Assembly (NCBI RefSeq): GCF_040938485.1
Contig: NW_027271753.1
Span: 868,001-932,000, forward strand
Reading direction: 5' to 3'
DNA from: Diadema antillarum
Taxonomy: Eukaryota
Length of the DNA stretch: 64,000 nucleotides
Shown here: positions 23,022 to 33,648 of the stretch, in pieces
How the letters are laid out: every line of letters starts with the position of its first letter
Numbering within the stretch: position 1 is the stretch's first letter
The notes under the pieces: model-generated
What the model saw: only the letters and a program-made list of their open reading frames with translations
What the model was told of the DNA's origin: nothing
Databases searched by the model: none
Program-made: the position numbers and the translations under genes

Positions 23022-23180
23022 NNNNNNNNNNNNNNNNNNNNNNNNNNNNNNNNNNNNNNNNNNNNNNNNNNNNNNNNNNNNNNNNNNNNNNNNNNNNNNN
23101 NNNNNNNNNNNNNNNNNNNNNNNNNNNNNNNNNNNNNNNNNNNNNNNNNNNNNNNNNNNNNNNNNNNNNNNNNNNNNNNN
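23022..23180. other. Assembly gap (159 N)
   Basis: Run of N. Confidence 0.99.
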
Positions 23181-23449
23181 AATGTTACAAGTGGAGGTGT
23201 GACTTTTACCTGCTGTATCTGAATGCATGTTGTGTATTGAGGCACAAATTCTGTCACGTCGAGTCTATGAACACCAAACTTGCCAAGAATGATCCAGGCT
23301 CCCTGGTGTGCCCTGTCAGCCAGTCAGTGTGTGGGAGAGGAGGCCTGTCGTGTGTGTTGATGTACACAGCCGTAAGTTTGTTGTCATGTGACACTTGTTC
23401 TGCTGTGGAGTGATGGGTTTGTGCTAAGTGTTCGCTGTGTGTGTCCTGA

Positions 23450-23580
23450 GGGGCCCGTTTCATAAGACTTGTCATAGATGTGACAAGCTACTGAAACCCT
23501 TGCATCTGATTGGCTGAGAGCAAATTTGTCATAGAAATGTGGCAGTTGTCACTGATGACAAGTTTTATGAAATGGGCCCC
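23450..23580. mobile_element. Harbinger/PIF-like MITE
   Basis: TIR GGGGCCCGTTTCATAAGACTTGTCAT...ATGACAAGTTTTATGAAATGGGCCCC. The TSD is not clean (TGA vs TGG). Confidence 0.7.
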
Positions 23581-24217
23581 TGGTGTGATGTATAACACAG
23601 TATGTGTGTATTGTAGTCTGGGAACCAGATGCTGAACCTTGTTTTACCATCTGCCCATTTTTTTGTTTCTGTGGTCTTATCCTATTTCGAAGGTGGATTT
23701 CCGAATCTGGATGATACCACTTTTGCCAAGTCAGAGTCTTGCATCCTTGAGGGTTTTCAGATATGGCCACCAAAGTGGCTGCCAAAAACTGAAATTGCTG
23801 TAATATTTCCTTTAAACAGTGAAAATTGAAAACAATTTGATATTTTACAAAGTTAACCCTATTTCCAGGGTACTTAATCCGAATCTGGGTCATGCAGCTC
23901 TTTGATCCTTAATGTTTTGAGATGTTTAATGTGACCAACGAAAGAAACGTCAGATTTGCAATCCATCTTGAATATCCTAAAACCTTCAAGGAACAAGAGT
24001 TGCATTATCCAGACTCAAATTTTACATCCTCGAAAAGGGGCAAAAACCTCATTCTGTTCAAATTTTACCATTAATTTAAAAAAAAAAACCAAATATGAAG
24101 GAATTTCAAATATTTGAAATATTTTGCAATATGTAAATATTGAAATATATTTCAATATTTGAAATATTTTGGTGGCCACCAAAATGATGCCAATATTTGA
24201 AATTCCTTCATATTTGT

Positions 24218-25502
24218 TTTTGTCCCCGCCGAACGAGTTCGAGCAGGGGACTATGAAACGGGCTCCGTACGTGTGTGTGTCCGTGTGTCCGTCCGTCCGT
24301 CCGTGTGTCCGTGTGTGCGTCCGTGTGTGCGTCCGTGTGTGATCAAAATCTTCAATTTGCTACTTCTCTGTCATTTATGAGCCAATTTTGATTCTGTTTG
24401 CTTTATATGATAGCACTACATGGGAGCTTTGAAACTTCTACACAGAATTTCAGTCGTGACCTTTGACCTTGACCTTTGACCTATATTGTACATTTTGCTA
24501 CAAAATGCTACTCCTTCGCCATTTCTAACCCGATTTCGATTCCGTTTGCTTTATGTGATGGCACTAGGTGAGGGCTTCAAAACTTCTACACAGAATTTTG
24601 ACCTTTGACTTCTTTGACCTTTGACCTTGATTTTTGACCTGTATTGTACATTTTGCTACAAAATGCTACTCCTTCGCCATTTCTAACCCGATTTCGATTC
24701 CGTTTGCTTTATGTGATGGCACTAGGTGAGGGCTTCAAAACTTCTACACAGAATTTTGACCTTTGACTTCTTTGACCTTTGACCTTGATTTTTTGACCTA
24801 TATTGTACATTTTGCTACAAAATGCTACTCCTTCGCCATTTCTAACCCGATTTCGATTCCGTTTGCTTTATGTGATGGCACTAGGTGAGGGCTTCAAAAC
24901 TTCTCCACAGAATTTTGACCTTTGACTTCTTTGACCTTTGACCTTGATTTTTGACCTATATTGTACATTTTGCTACAAAATGCTACTCCTTCGCCATTTT
25001 TAACCCGATTTCGATTCCGTTTGCTTTATATGATGGCACTAGTTGAGGGCTTCAAAACTTCTACACAGAATTTTGACCTTTGACTTCTTTGACCTTTGAC
25101 CTTGATTTTTGACCTATATTGTACATTTTGCTACAAAATGCTACTCCTTCGCCATTTTTAACCCGATTTCGATTCTGTTTGCTTTATGTGATAGCACTAG
25201 GTGAGGGCTTCAAAACTTCTACACAGAATTTTGACCTTTGTCTTCTTTGACCTTTGACCTTGATTTTTGACCTATATTGTACATTGGCTACAAAATGCTA
25301 CTCCGCCATTTCTAACCCAATTTCGATTCCATTTGCTTTATGTGATGGCACTAGGTGAGGGCTTCAAAACTTCTACACAGAATTTTGACCTTTGACTTCT
25401 TTGACCTTGATTTTTGACCTATATTGCACATTTTGTTACAAAATGCTACTTCCGGCGGAGACATATATTACGCACCGCGTAATTTCTACTTTTCCTTGTT
25501 TG
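24218..25502 (+). mobile_element. Helentron-associated non-autonomous element (HINE/DINE-1-like) carrying a tandem array
   Basis: 5' subTIR GTCCCCGCCG after a T-run, (GTCC/GTGT)n microsatellite at 24270-24340, internal tandem array, inverted subTIR CGGCGGAGAC at about 25453-25462, then hairpin ATTACGCACCGCGTAAT and a T-rich end. Confidence 0.8.
24355..25450 (+). repeat. Tandem array of a ~158-bp unit (about 7 copies, first one diverged)
   Basis: Unit start CT(A/G)TATTG at 24481, 24639, 24798, 24956, 25114, 25272 and 25419 (spacings 158,159,158,158,158,147); rich in GACCTTTGA. Confidence 0.95.
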
Positions 25503-25839
25503 ATTAATGGTAAAAATTTGTACAAAATGAGTTTTTTTTTGCAATTTGTACAAAATGAGTTTTTTTTTTGCCTTTTCGAGGATGTAAAATTTGTGCTCGA
25601 ACCGAAAACGATTATTATTGGTTAAACTTTACACCGGCGCGGGAAAATCTCGAAATTTTGGGCTTGGGCATATCGATATTGGGAATGTCAGAGAATTAGA
25701 GATACATTTACTTTTGTAGTCATGTACATTCCATTTTGGGGGTTTAGCGTGAGATTTCGTTTATCAGAGTGAGACAGTCAAAATTGGTTGAAATGCGTGA
25801 GTCTCGCGCTCAATGCGTGAGAGTTGGCAGCCCTGTGAT

Positions 25840-26045
25840 GGGTGGTGTGTGTGTGTGCGTTTGTTCCTGTTGTGGGTGTAAAGTGAAATATTGTGTTGGG
25901 GCAACGGATACTTTGCGTGTTTGGCTTGTTCGGGATGGTGGTGGTGGGTGATGGTGGTGTGTTGGTGATTGGTGGTGTGTTGGTGATTGGTGGTGGTGGT
26001 GGTGGTGGTGTGTGTGTGTGTGCGTTTGTTCCTGTGGTGGGTGTC
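25840..26045. repeat. Compound (GT)n/(GGT)n low-complexity repeat with a duplicated GTGTGCGTTTGTTCCTGT segment
   Basis: Direct reading; this explains the spurious T/H/P-rich ORFs here. Confidence 0.85.
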
Positions 26046-27199
26046 TCCGCAGTTGCGTGGGGGGCTCGTGACGCGGGTCCGCTCATGGCGGCCTCCAGGG
26101 AGAATTCCTGGGGTTGCATCTCTTTTATTGACTTCTTTGTGTTCCGCATGAATGATCCCGAGTCGCTTAGCCTTTTCATGCCAGCCGTTTTCTCTAAAAT
26201 CTAGAGAAGACAGCATCCAAACATCATAACCACATAATGTTGGGTGATGTGAAAAGGACTTGCGCGAGGAGACCAAACCGTTTATAGTTCTGTTCAAGTG
26301 CCCACAATCTATCTACAAAAGAAAGAATTAACCCCCTCGAAACCACATTCCCAGAGTTCCAGGGATTCTGTATAGGCCTACAACAGGTTGTGAATAGTGA
26401 TGACAGTTTCAATACCCTAGTGGTAGACTTTTCCCGTCGTAAAAAGAGACTTCGTCCCCATGTATTCTACCAGTATGGTCGAGGATTGAAGCTTAAAAGA
26501 CTGGAGTGGACAATGGATAATGCCAACCAGGTTTTCCATGCAGGCTGCGTAAGAATACAGTTTAGTGTAGAGGCGTTCTACCCGTATTCATTCGCTTCGC
26601 ATTTAAAAGAGGGCAGGCGTAGACACAAAATGTATGAATACAAGTGTCACGCCCCACCCTTAAACTAAAAACAAACAAAGCATGGCTCAAATCGTCCCTG
26701 TCTAAAATTCATTACTTGAAGTATGAGATCTGTAATGTACACTTCAGACAAAAGTTGTTAACATGATGAGCTCCCATCTGTTCATGAGTACATGAACTGT
26801 TCATGCCTGAATAGCCGCTTTGAGACGCAATTTTCCTTCTCCTAACACTGGTTATTTCTCCGATGAACTCTTTGGCACATTTTGTTTTAAAAAGGTCACA
26901 TTTAAATACAGGAATACAAAAATTTCGTTTATTAAACCATTCTTTAAACTATCATGGAGGCTGTTGAAGTCCCCATTTACACGCGAATACAGCCGTTATA
27001 TTTCTTTTAAGTGGTTTTAGAATTTATTACTGTAGGCATGTGTTAACATCACAGTTGGACGAGAATGTGCAGTGATATGAACGTGGGGTAAATATTTTGT
27101 TGTCGGCCTGGTTTTGTTTTGTTGAGGATAGTGGTAGTATACAAGTGGTCGTGAGTGATAGGTAGGCATGTTTTAGGTACATATATAATGGTAATATAG

Positions 27200-27216
27200 T
27201 AATAATGATGATAATG

Positions 27217-27262
<46 letters not shown>
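27200..27262. repeat. (AAT)n microsatellite
   Basis: Direct reading. Confidence 0.95.
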
Positions 27263-27264
<2 letters not shown>

Positions 27265-27832
27265 TTATTCATGACAATAAAGGTTATTATTATTGTTATT
27301 ACTACTACCAACCGGGACTACTACTACTGCTACCAAGTTCTCATTATTATGCAGCAGCATTAACTTTATTAAAGTATTCATTAAGATGAAATTAGCAGCA
27401 ACCATGAAAACAGAAGAGGTAATTGGTAAATCTAATAATTGTTACAATTGGAGGTTGGTGTAGACTGTTGATGACGAAGATTTACGTGATTATCATCAGT
27501 GAATTTGTTATTTTCATCCTTGTAATTTTAACGTCGCTTGAATTTCAGGTGTTGATTGTTGAGTCTATCAATGGATCGTCATATTGATAGTGATGTAGAT
27601 TGATGAAGATGTACACGTTCATGTACAGTCATCATCGCTTATTATCATTGATTTTATAATTCTTTTCGTCATCATTGGTTAAATATCAGAGTCGTCATAA
27701 TCTAGTAATGATCTTAATTTCATTTCGATTGGCACATTACAGAACAGACAAACATGTTATAACTTTGGAGTCTTTCCTAAACTGTTCAAAACAATTGTGA
27801 CTATCAAATTTCATTCAAAATTTTACGTGAAA

Positions 27833-28087
27833 TACTCTCTAAAAAAAGAAGAGTGAAAATGTTCACTCTTGAAGGAGTGAATAACAGAAAAGAGTGAGTT
27901 TCGAGTGAAATTGGAATGAATTTTGAGTGAAAATGTTCATTTTCACTCATTTTGGAGTGACCTCAGGGATCACTCCAAAATGAGCGAAAATGAACACTTT
28001 CACTCAAAATTTCACTCGAAACTCACTCTTTTCTGTTATTTACTCCTTCAAGAGTGAACATTTTCACTCTTCTTTTTTTAGAGAGTA
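27833..28087. mobile_element. TA-flanked foldback MITE (near-complete palindrome)
   Basis: TACTCTCTAAAAAAAGAAGAGTGAAAATGTTCACTCTTGAAGGAGT... mirrored by ...ACTCCTTCAAGAGTGAACATTTTCACTCTTCTTTTTTTAGAGAGTA, built of GAGTGAAA/TTTCACTC repeats. Confidence 0.85.
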
Positions 28088-29536
28088 GATACAGCTTGTA
28101 ACATAATGAAATGTGCAAGCCTTTCTTCGTCACTAAATTTCGTCTTGGAAATAGCGCGGAGTCGAGCTTGGTTTCAAATCCTAGAGGAATGTTACACATC
28201 ACGATGGTATGGATTATGAAGAGCTAGCCACGGCTCCTATATACAACTCTGCAGAAGACACAAAAACTGCCATCGCGCGCTCACTCATTTCATTTTCTTC
28301 TCTGCATTCTGTCATGACCTGAAACATTTGACTTCATACTACAAACATCCAGTATACGTCTTCTCTTGTGGAGTCAGGTTTATTGACAAGTAAGAGACAA
28401 ATGTGCTTGGGGGTATACATGATTATGTACGTGCGCTGTTGCACATAGAAAACTGCACACGGTATATATACATACAGATCGCTATTCCTAGTCTGTAATA
28501 CATTGTAGAGTACTTGAAAACGGCTGAAATTTATCTTTGCATTAACTTCAGTGGAGACGCACTTCAAAGTTTCAACACACTCAACCCTTTTACAACCTGT
28601 GATGTAAACTGCACACAATCATGTAATATACGTGACTACACTAAGTGATTATATGCGATGATAAAGATGATAATCTGTAACACGTGGTTCTCTGTCACAT
28701 CACATTACTGTCTTGAATCAGAATATCACTGTTAAACCATCTTTCATTTCTCTGCTCAGCAGCGTTGTCAGGTCCCAACAGAACAAAACCACGAAAGGCA
28801 TGTTGAAAAATCACCAAGAATTACTATATTTATGTATTATAAGTACCAAGAATGTTTTTTTTTTAAATACAAACTTGCTTGCATTGTGTGCATATTGTGG
28901 TCACAAACGAAATGAATAAAGATAATAGAATCTAATTTATCAAACATTCAGATTACACAGGTACAGAAATAGACCATAATAAAAGATTACTTGCAGCCGT
29001 TTGCAGTAGTGCTGCTTGCATATACAGTATTATACGTGTAATGCAAATCGTGTACGATTTGTGTGTATGTGTGTGTGTGTGAGTGTGTGTACGCACACGT
29101 TACTGTATGAATCCAGAGTTTCTACAGTGGACTGTCACGCAGTCTAAGACATGTAAGAGGAAAAAAATGGGGCTATTTATCATCATTGTCTTTTTACTGG
29201 TTCCAATCACTACAAATTGTAAAAATTCACCAAAATATTGACTTGGTGACAAGGCTAGAATTTTCTCACTGCGGATTTTCAAAAAAAAAAATGTCACCAT
29301 TGTTGGTGACTGAGAGCACCATCTGGCAACGCTGCCTCAGTACAATCTCTCCCTGACAGTCTTTCGTCAGGTTTTACAGCAACACTGCAGTGCATCAAAT
29401 GATAACGCTCATTCACGATTTTATCATCTCCCGACGAACTAAGTTAAAAGGAAGCTTATTAACAATGCTTTGTGATGGCGGTGTCATAGAGTGCTTTGAT
29501 TAAACCACGGGTCAACATTACTTGTATAAGTCTATG

Positions 29537-29835
29537 GGGTTACAGCTCGTTATTCCGAAGATTCGTTATTCCGAAGGCTCTTTAGTCCGAAGATTCGTTA
29601 TTCCGAAGGTTCGTTATTCCGAATTTCACTTTCGAATTAACGAATCTACGGAATAACGAACCTTCGGAATAACGCCACAAATGTTCGGATTAACGAACCC
29701 TTTTTCATTTTCGGATTAACGAACCTCTGGGTATAGGGAATTTGTGTGTTTCGGATTAACAAACCCTCGGAATAACGAACCTTCGGAATAACGAACCTTC
29801 GGAATAGCGAACCTTCGGAATAACGAACGGCACCC
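29537..29835. mobile_element. MITE with 8-bp TSD and TTCGGAATAACGAACC subterminal repeats (hAT/Merlin-type TSD length)
   Basis: AGTCTATG at 29529-29536 and 29836-29843. Termini GGGT...ACCC. TTCGTTATTCCGAAG repeats lie on the left and their reverse complements on the right. Confidence 0.85.
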
Positions 29836-30941
29836 AGTCTATGGATCACCTAATAAATTAAGCGGTTGCACTAAAATGCTTTTAAAGGGAGTAAATGACA
29901 ATATGGATGGTAGTGATAGTTTTGCGTCTCAAGCACTGTGTTGACCTGAAACTATTGTAATAATAGTGGCATATTATTACGTACACAAACCACGTATAAA
30001 ACTAAATAAAGATCGATCCCATCCAAATGATACAGACAATTTCTTCTCATTAATCCCACTATGCCGTTTAAGAAAAAAAATAATATTTCAGACTGTCGTT
30101 AAAACTTAAACTTGATTTTGATCTTAAAAGAAAGTCATTACCAGGTACAAGAAGTATACATGTAGTAATAGCAGGCAATAATATTCGAAATCGCAATAGT
30201 CTTCAAAAATTGAAATCGGGTTCCATAGCGCATTGGTTCGTATAGTTTCACGTAGATCACAAGATAAACGGAAATGCCACATTTAACGTAATCTTGTTAC
30301 TATGAGATTATTCTATGCCCAAAGTGTTAGAATAGGTTTGTTGTTTCATCTTATTACTTTGTATCATGATTTCACAAAATCATTTGTCGTACCAACAGAC
30401 TGATATTCACGGGGGGCGAGGGAGGGGTTCCAAGCGACTTCTTGGGGGATTTACCGTTAGATTGGAGATGACTTGCCACGGACGTTTTAAAAGGAAGAAG
30501 AAATGCTTGGTATTTCTTTGCGACAAATCCGAGTTGGGAATATAATCCGGTGTGGCGCACTGCGGCGCATGACAAATGTTTACGCGAAATCAGCGTATCT
30601 GCCAACACATAGCGTCTCAGGTTTTACCAGAGAATGAACCGACAGATATTACATTGTGCTTCTGCCGAACACATTTACATATCCATATTTGGTTTGAATT
30701 GGCATAGTTAACGCTCACGGAATCCATATGCGCAATTCGCAGTTCTCTTGTTGAATCATGTTCCATGACATTCTGAATGATCTGCCAAGGTATATAAATC
30801 AGGGGCCGCGGAACACTTTTTTTTTTTTTGGGGGGGGGGGGCGGTTGCGGGCAGAAGGGGTCAAGAGTAGTGCTCAAAGGTCGTGGACAGGGTAGAGCCC
30901 AACGTGGGGGGGGGGGGGGCATCGCATGTATTAGACACTCT

Positions 30942-31187
30942 NNNNNNNNNNNNNNNNNNNNNNNNNNNNNNNNNNNNNNNNNNNNNNNNNNNNNNNNNNN
31001 NNNNNNNNNNNNNNNNNNNNNNNNNNNNNNNNNNNNNNNNNNNNNNNNNNNNNNNNNNNNNNNNNNNNNNNNNNNNNNNNNNNNNNNNNNNNNNNNNNNN
31101 NNNNNNNNNNNNNNNNNNNNNNNNNNNNNNNNNNNNNNNNNNNNNNNNNNNNNNNNNNNNNNNNNNNNNNNNNNNNNNNNNNNNNNN
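30942..31187. other. Assembly gap (246 N)
   Basis: Run of N. Confidence 0.99.
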
Positions 31188-32277
31188 ACGATGATATGAT
31201 TGCTTATATATAAGCACGCTACAACGTATCGTGACAGTCATACCCTCTAATAGTGGTGACAACAAACACCAAACCAAACAGATTGGACGAAGTGTGTCCC
31301 CATAAGCTAATCTATATTAACTCTCAACAGCGCGTCTATTTACTTTCAATATGTGATACTGTAACTGCATGCACTGCAAGTTCCTATTCATTTTCCTTAT
31401 TTTGGAAAAAATAGAAATAATGGGGAAACCTATTGAAGAAGATTTTACTAACGCTTTAAGAGGAAAAATTATTTTAGGGAATGAAACCAGAAAGAAGGAT
31501 CTTCTGGTGATGTGTTTTGAGGCAAGTACATGACCACGGACCTCATCCTGGGCCCCTGTTTAATGCCATCACATGTGCTGCCACCAATCATAGATATTTC
31601 TGGCGTGACGTGTCGAGTACCTGCAGCTTGAAGTGCGCCCCGAGTGTTGATACTTGGCCAAGATAACGCGTCGTAAACACACTCACGCCGCATTCACACC
31701 AACACGTAACAAACCACGAAGCATCAAGCGTTCTGCCTACCTCAAGTGATACATTATTTACCCACGAAAAAAAAATTAAGTCCTATATAGTGGGAGATTT
31801 GCTCTTGTTGCAAGGAAGACGAGTTAAACGGGGTTTGATGTCAGTTCTCACACTGTGAAACAAACATCAGCCAATTTGCTCGAACAAAACAACACCTGCC
31901 GCAGATAACGGAAGAAATAAGCAGTAACTAGCAAGTGACAGTTTGAAAAGCGTTACATAAAGTGAATCAAGATGTTTGATACCAGTGTATTCAGATAATT
32001 ATTGAATATCATTAGTTATAGGGTGTCATTAGAAGATCATCGTCTTGTTAAAACCTTGACAAATGTATGGTAAATTCGTGGTCAATGTCTCATATCTGTA
32101 TTCAGTCTTTTCTTCAGATTCCTTTATTTGCCACGACGTGGGTTTGAGAGAGAAAGTAAGATTCTTTAAATTTTGTAACTCATTGTCACCGATGAGAATA
32201 TGCAGCCGTGGCTTGTGACTGTTCATCATCGTGCTTCATCCAGGCCAAACTCACATCGAATTCTACTTTGAATCTGC

Positions 32278-32786
32278 TTATTCACCACTGTCGAGAACCT
32301 CAGCCTTCTGGACGTGACCGTCTCCGGGATTGTCGAGGTCGACGACGTCATTCGCGTAGTCGGACGCGACCTCTGCTTGAGCAAGTTGAATGGCTCGTAC
32401 CGGGACCCCGACGTCTAAGTCGGCGGCAACCTCAGCAACCTGATCAAAGTCCAGGTCATCGGCAACGTGCTCACCGGCCACTTGTGCCTGGCCCATTTGT
32501 ACAGCGCGAACGGGTGGGACGACGGCGTCCGTTGTCTCAGCCCGCTGTCCTAGGTCGATGACGTCCTTGCATCCATCGGACGTGATGTCGGCCTTGCCTA
32601 GCTGGACGGCTCGGACAGGGGGACTGACGACGGTCTTCAGGTCGTCTGCTCGCTGCTCCAGGTCGTGGACCTGTGGGCCGTGATCGGTGGCGACATCAGC
32701 TTTACCCAGCGTGACAGCTCGCACCGGCGGAGGAATTGTGGGCTGAACTTTGGCTTGGTGTACTTTGGTGAGCGGCTTAGCTTCGA
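32278..32786 (-). CDS. Terminal coding exon of an uncharacterised acidic protein with four ~36-aa repeats (PVRAVxLGxAxV...DL); 5' exon unresolved
   Basis: GC-rich ORF 32278-32832 in AT-rich flanks, with four diverged peptide repeats that vary at synonymous positions. Phase-1 acceptor TCAATTTGTCCTCAG|TC at 32787/32786. Confidence 0.75.
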
Positions 32787-33414
32787 CTGAGGACAAATTG
32801 ATGATATCGGAAAATGGCGATTTAAAAGTCATTATTCGGCTTCTCAGTAACCAATCTTATGTCGGCATATAAGTTTCTGTGTGGATGTTTGTTTCATATC
32901 GCTCATTATGAAAATACCATTCTCAAAAACATTAGTCTTATGACTAGAATCATTGATATAAAAAAGATCAGTTGAGATACAGCTTGTAGATGATGCAGAG
33001 AAGTTAAAGTTAGTGAATCAAAGATTTTTTTGCTTACCTCGAAAACTTGGAAGCTATGATAAAAGTAGCCAGCAGTCGTTAGTAATGTACAGTGCAGTTG
33101 TGCGCCAAGCCATTTTGTTCTCGAAATCGTGGAAATCCGCCCTCTATGTCCGCATGCTTGTAAGTTTGTTGTGGCCAGAAGCTTGTCAGTGAGAGAGCGG
33201 TCTGGAAGCTGACATGCATTAGGAGATCTCGGCATTCGCTGTCTGCATATCTCATTCATCATTTGACATTCAAGAGGACTTATTCATGTTTCAGCAATGT
33301 GTCACAGTATGAACGTCTACATAGCTGTCTACGTCTAGCGGGCTGGAGGTTAATGCATAAAGCAGCTGAGAGGAAAGTTAGTGGTTTGTTACTTATACTG
33401 TTTACCTAAAGTAC

Positions 33415-33564
33415 CAGGGCTCTACGTTAACTGTGGACCGGTGGCCCGGTGCCCAAGGCCACCAGAAATTGATGTCGGGCCACCAAATTTCGGATAAGGA
33501 TATCCTTGGTGGCCAAGATAGATTATGTTTCCGTTTATTTCTGGTCACTGCATTTCTCTTTTTT

Positions 33565-33596
<32 letters not shown>

Positions 33597-33648
33597 TTTT
33601 GTAATCCGAATGCAAAAAAAGAAGAAAAAAAGTTAGTGTTGAGCTCTG
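33415..33648. mobile_element. hAT-like MITE (CAGGGCTC family), degenerate
   Basis: CAGGGCTCTACGTTAAC...GTTAGTGTTGAGCTCTG with GGTGGCCC/GGGCCACC subterminal motifs. Confidence 0.65.

Noticed and set aside
22967-23413. ORFs spanning the first N gap (likewise 30828-31277 at the second gap)
   Set aside because: Open only because N codons contain no stops.
24355-25450. CRISPR-like array
   Set aside because: Contiguous 158-bp tandem units with no unique spacers, in a eukaryotic context with no cas genes.
25764-26297. 177-aa, 133-aa and 103-aa T/H/P/G-rich ORFs
   Set aside because: Translations of GT/GGT simple repeats; the same applies to the ORFs at 27027-27311 and 46188-46717.
26390-26668. 92-aa ORF (MNSDDSF...)
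   Set aside because: GTG start, no recognisable motif or splice support; I cannot support it as a gene.
28160-28200. tRNA B-box-like GGTTTCAAATCC
   Set aside because: No A box or cloverleaf could be built.
29545-29830. Short regularly repeated TTCGGAATAACGAACC motifs as a CRISPR or regulatory array
   Set aside because: They are mirror-arranged subterminal repeats inside a TSD-flanked MITE.
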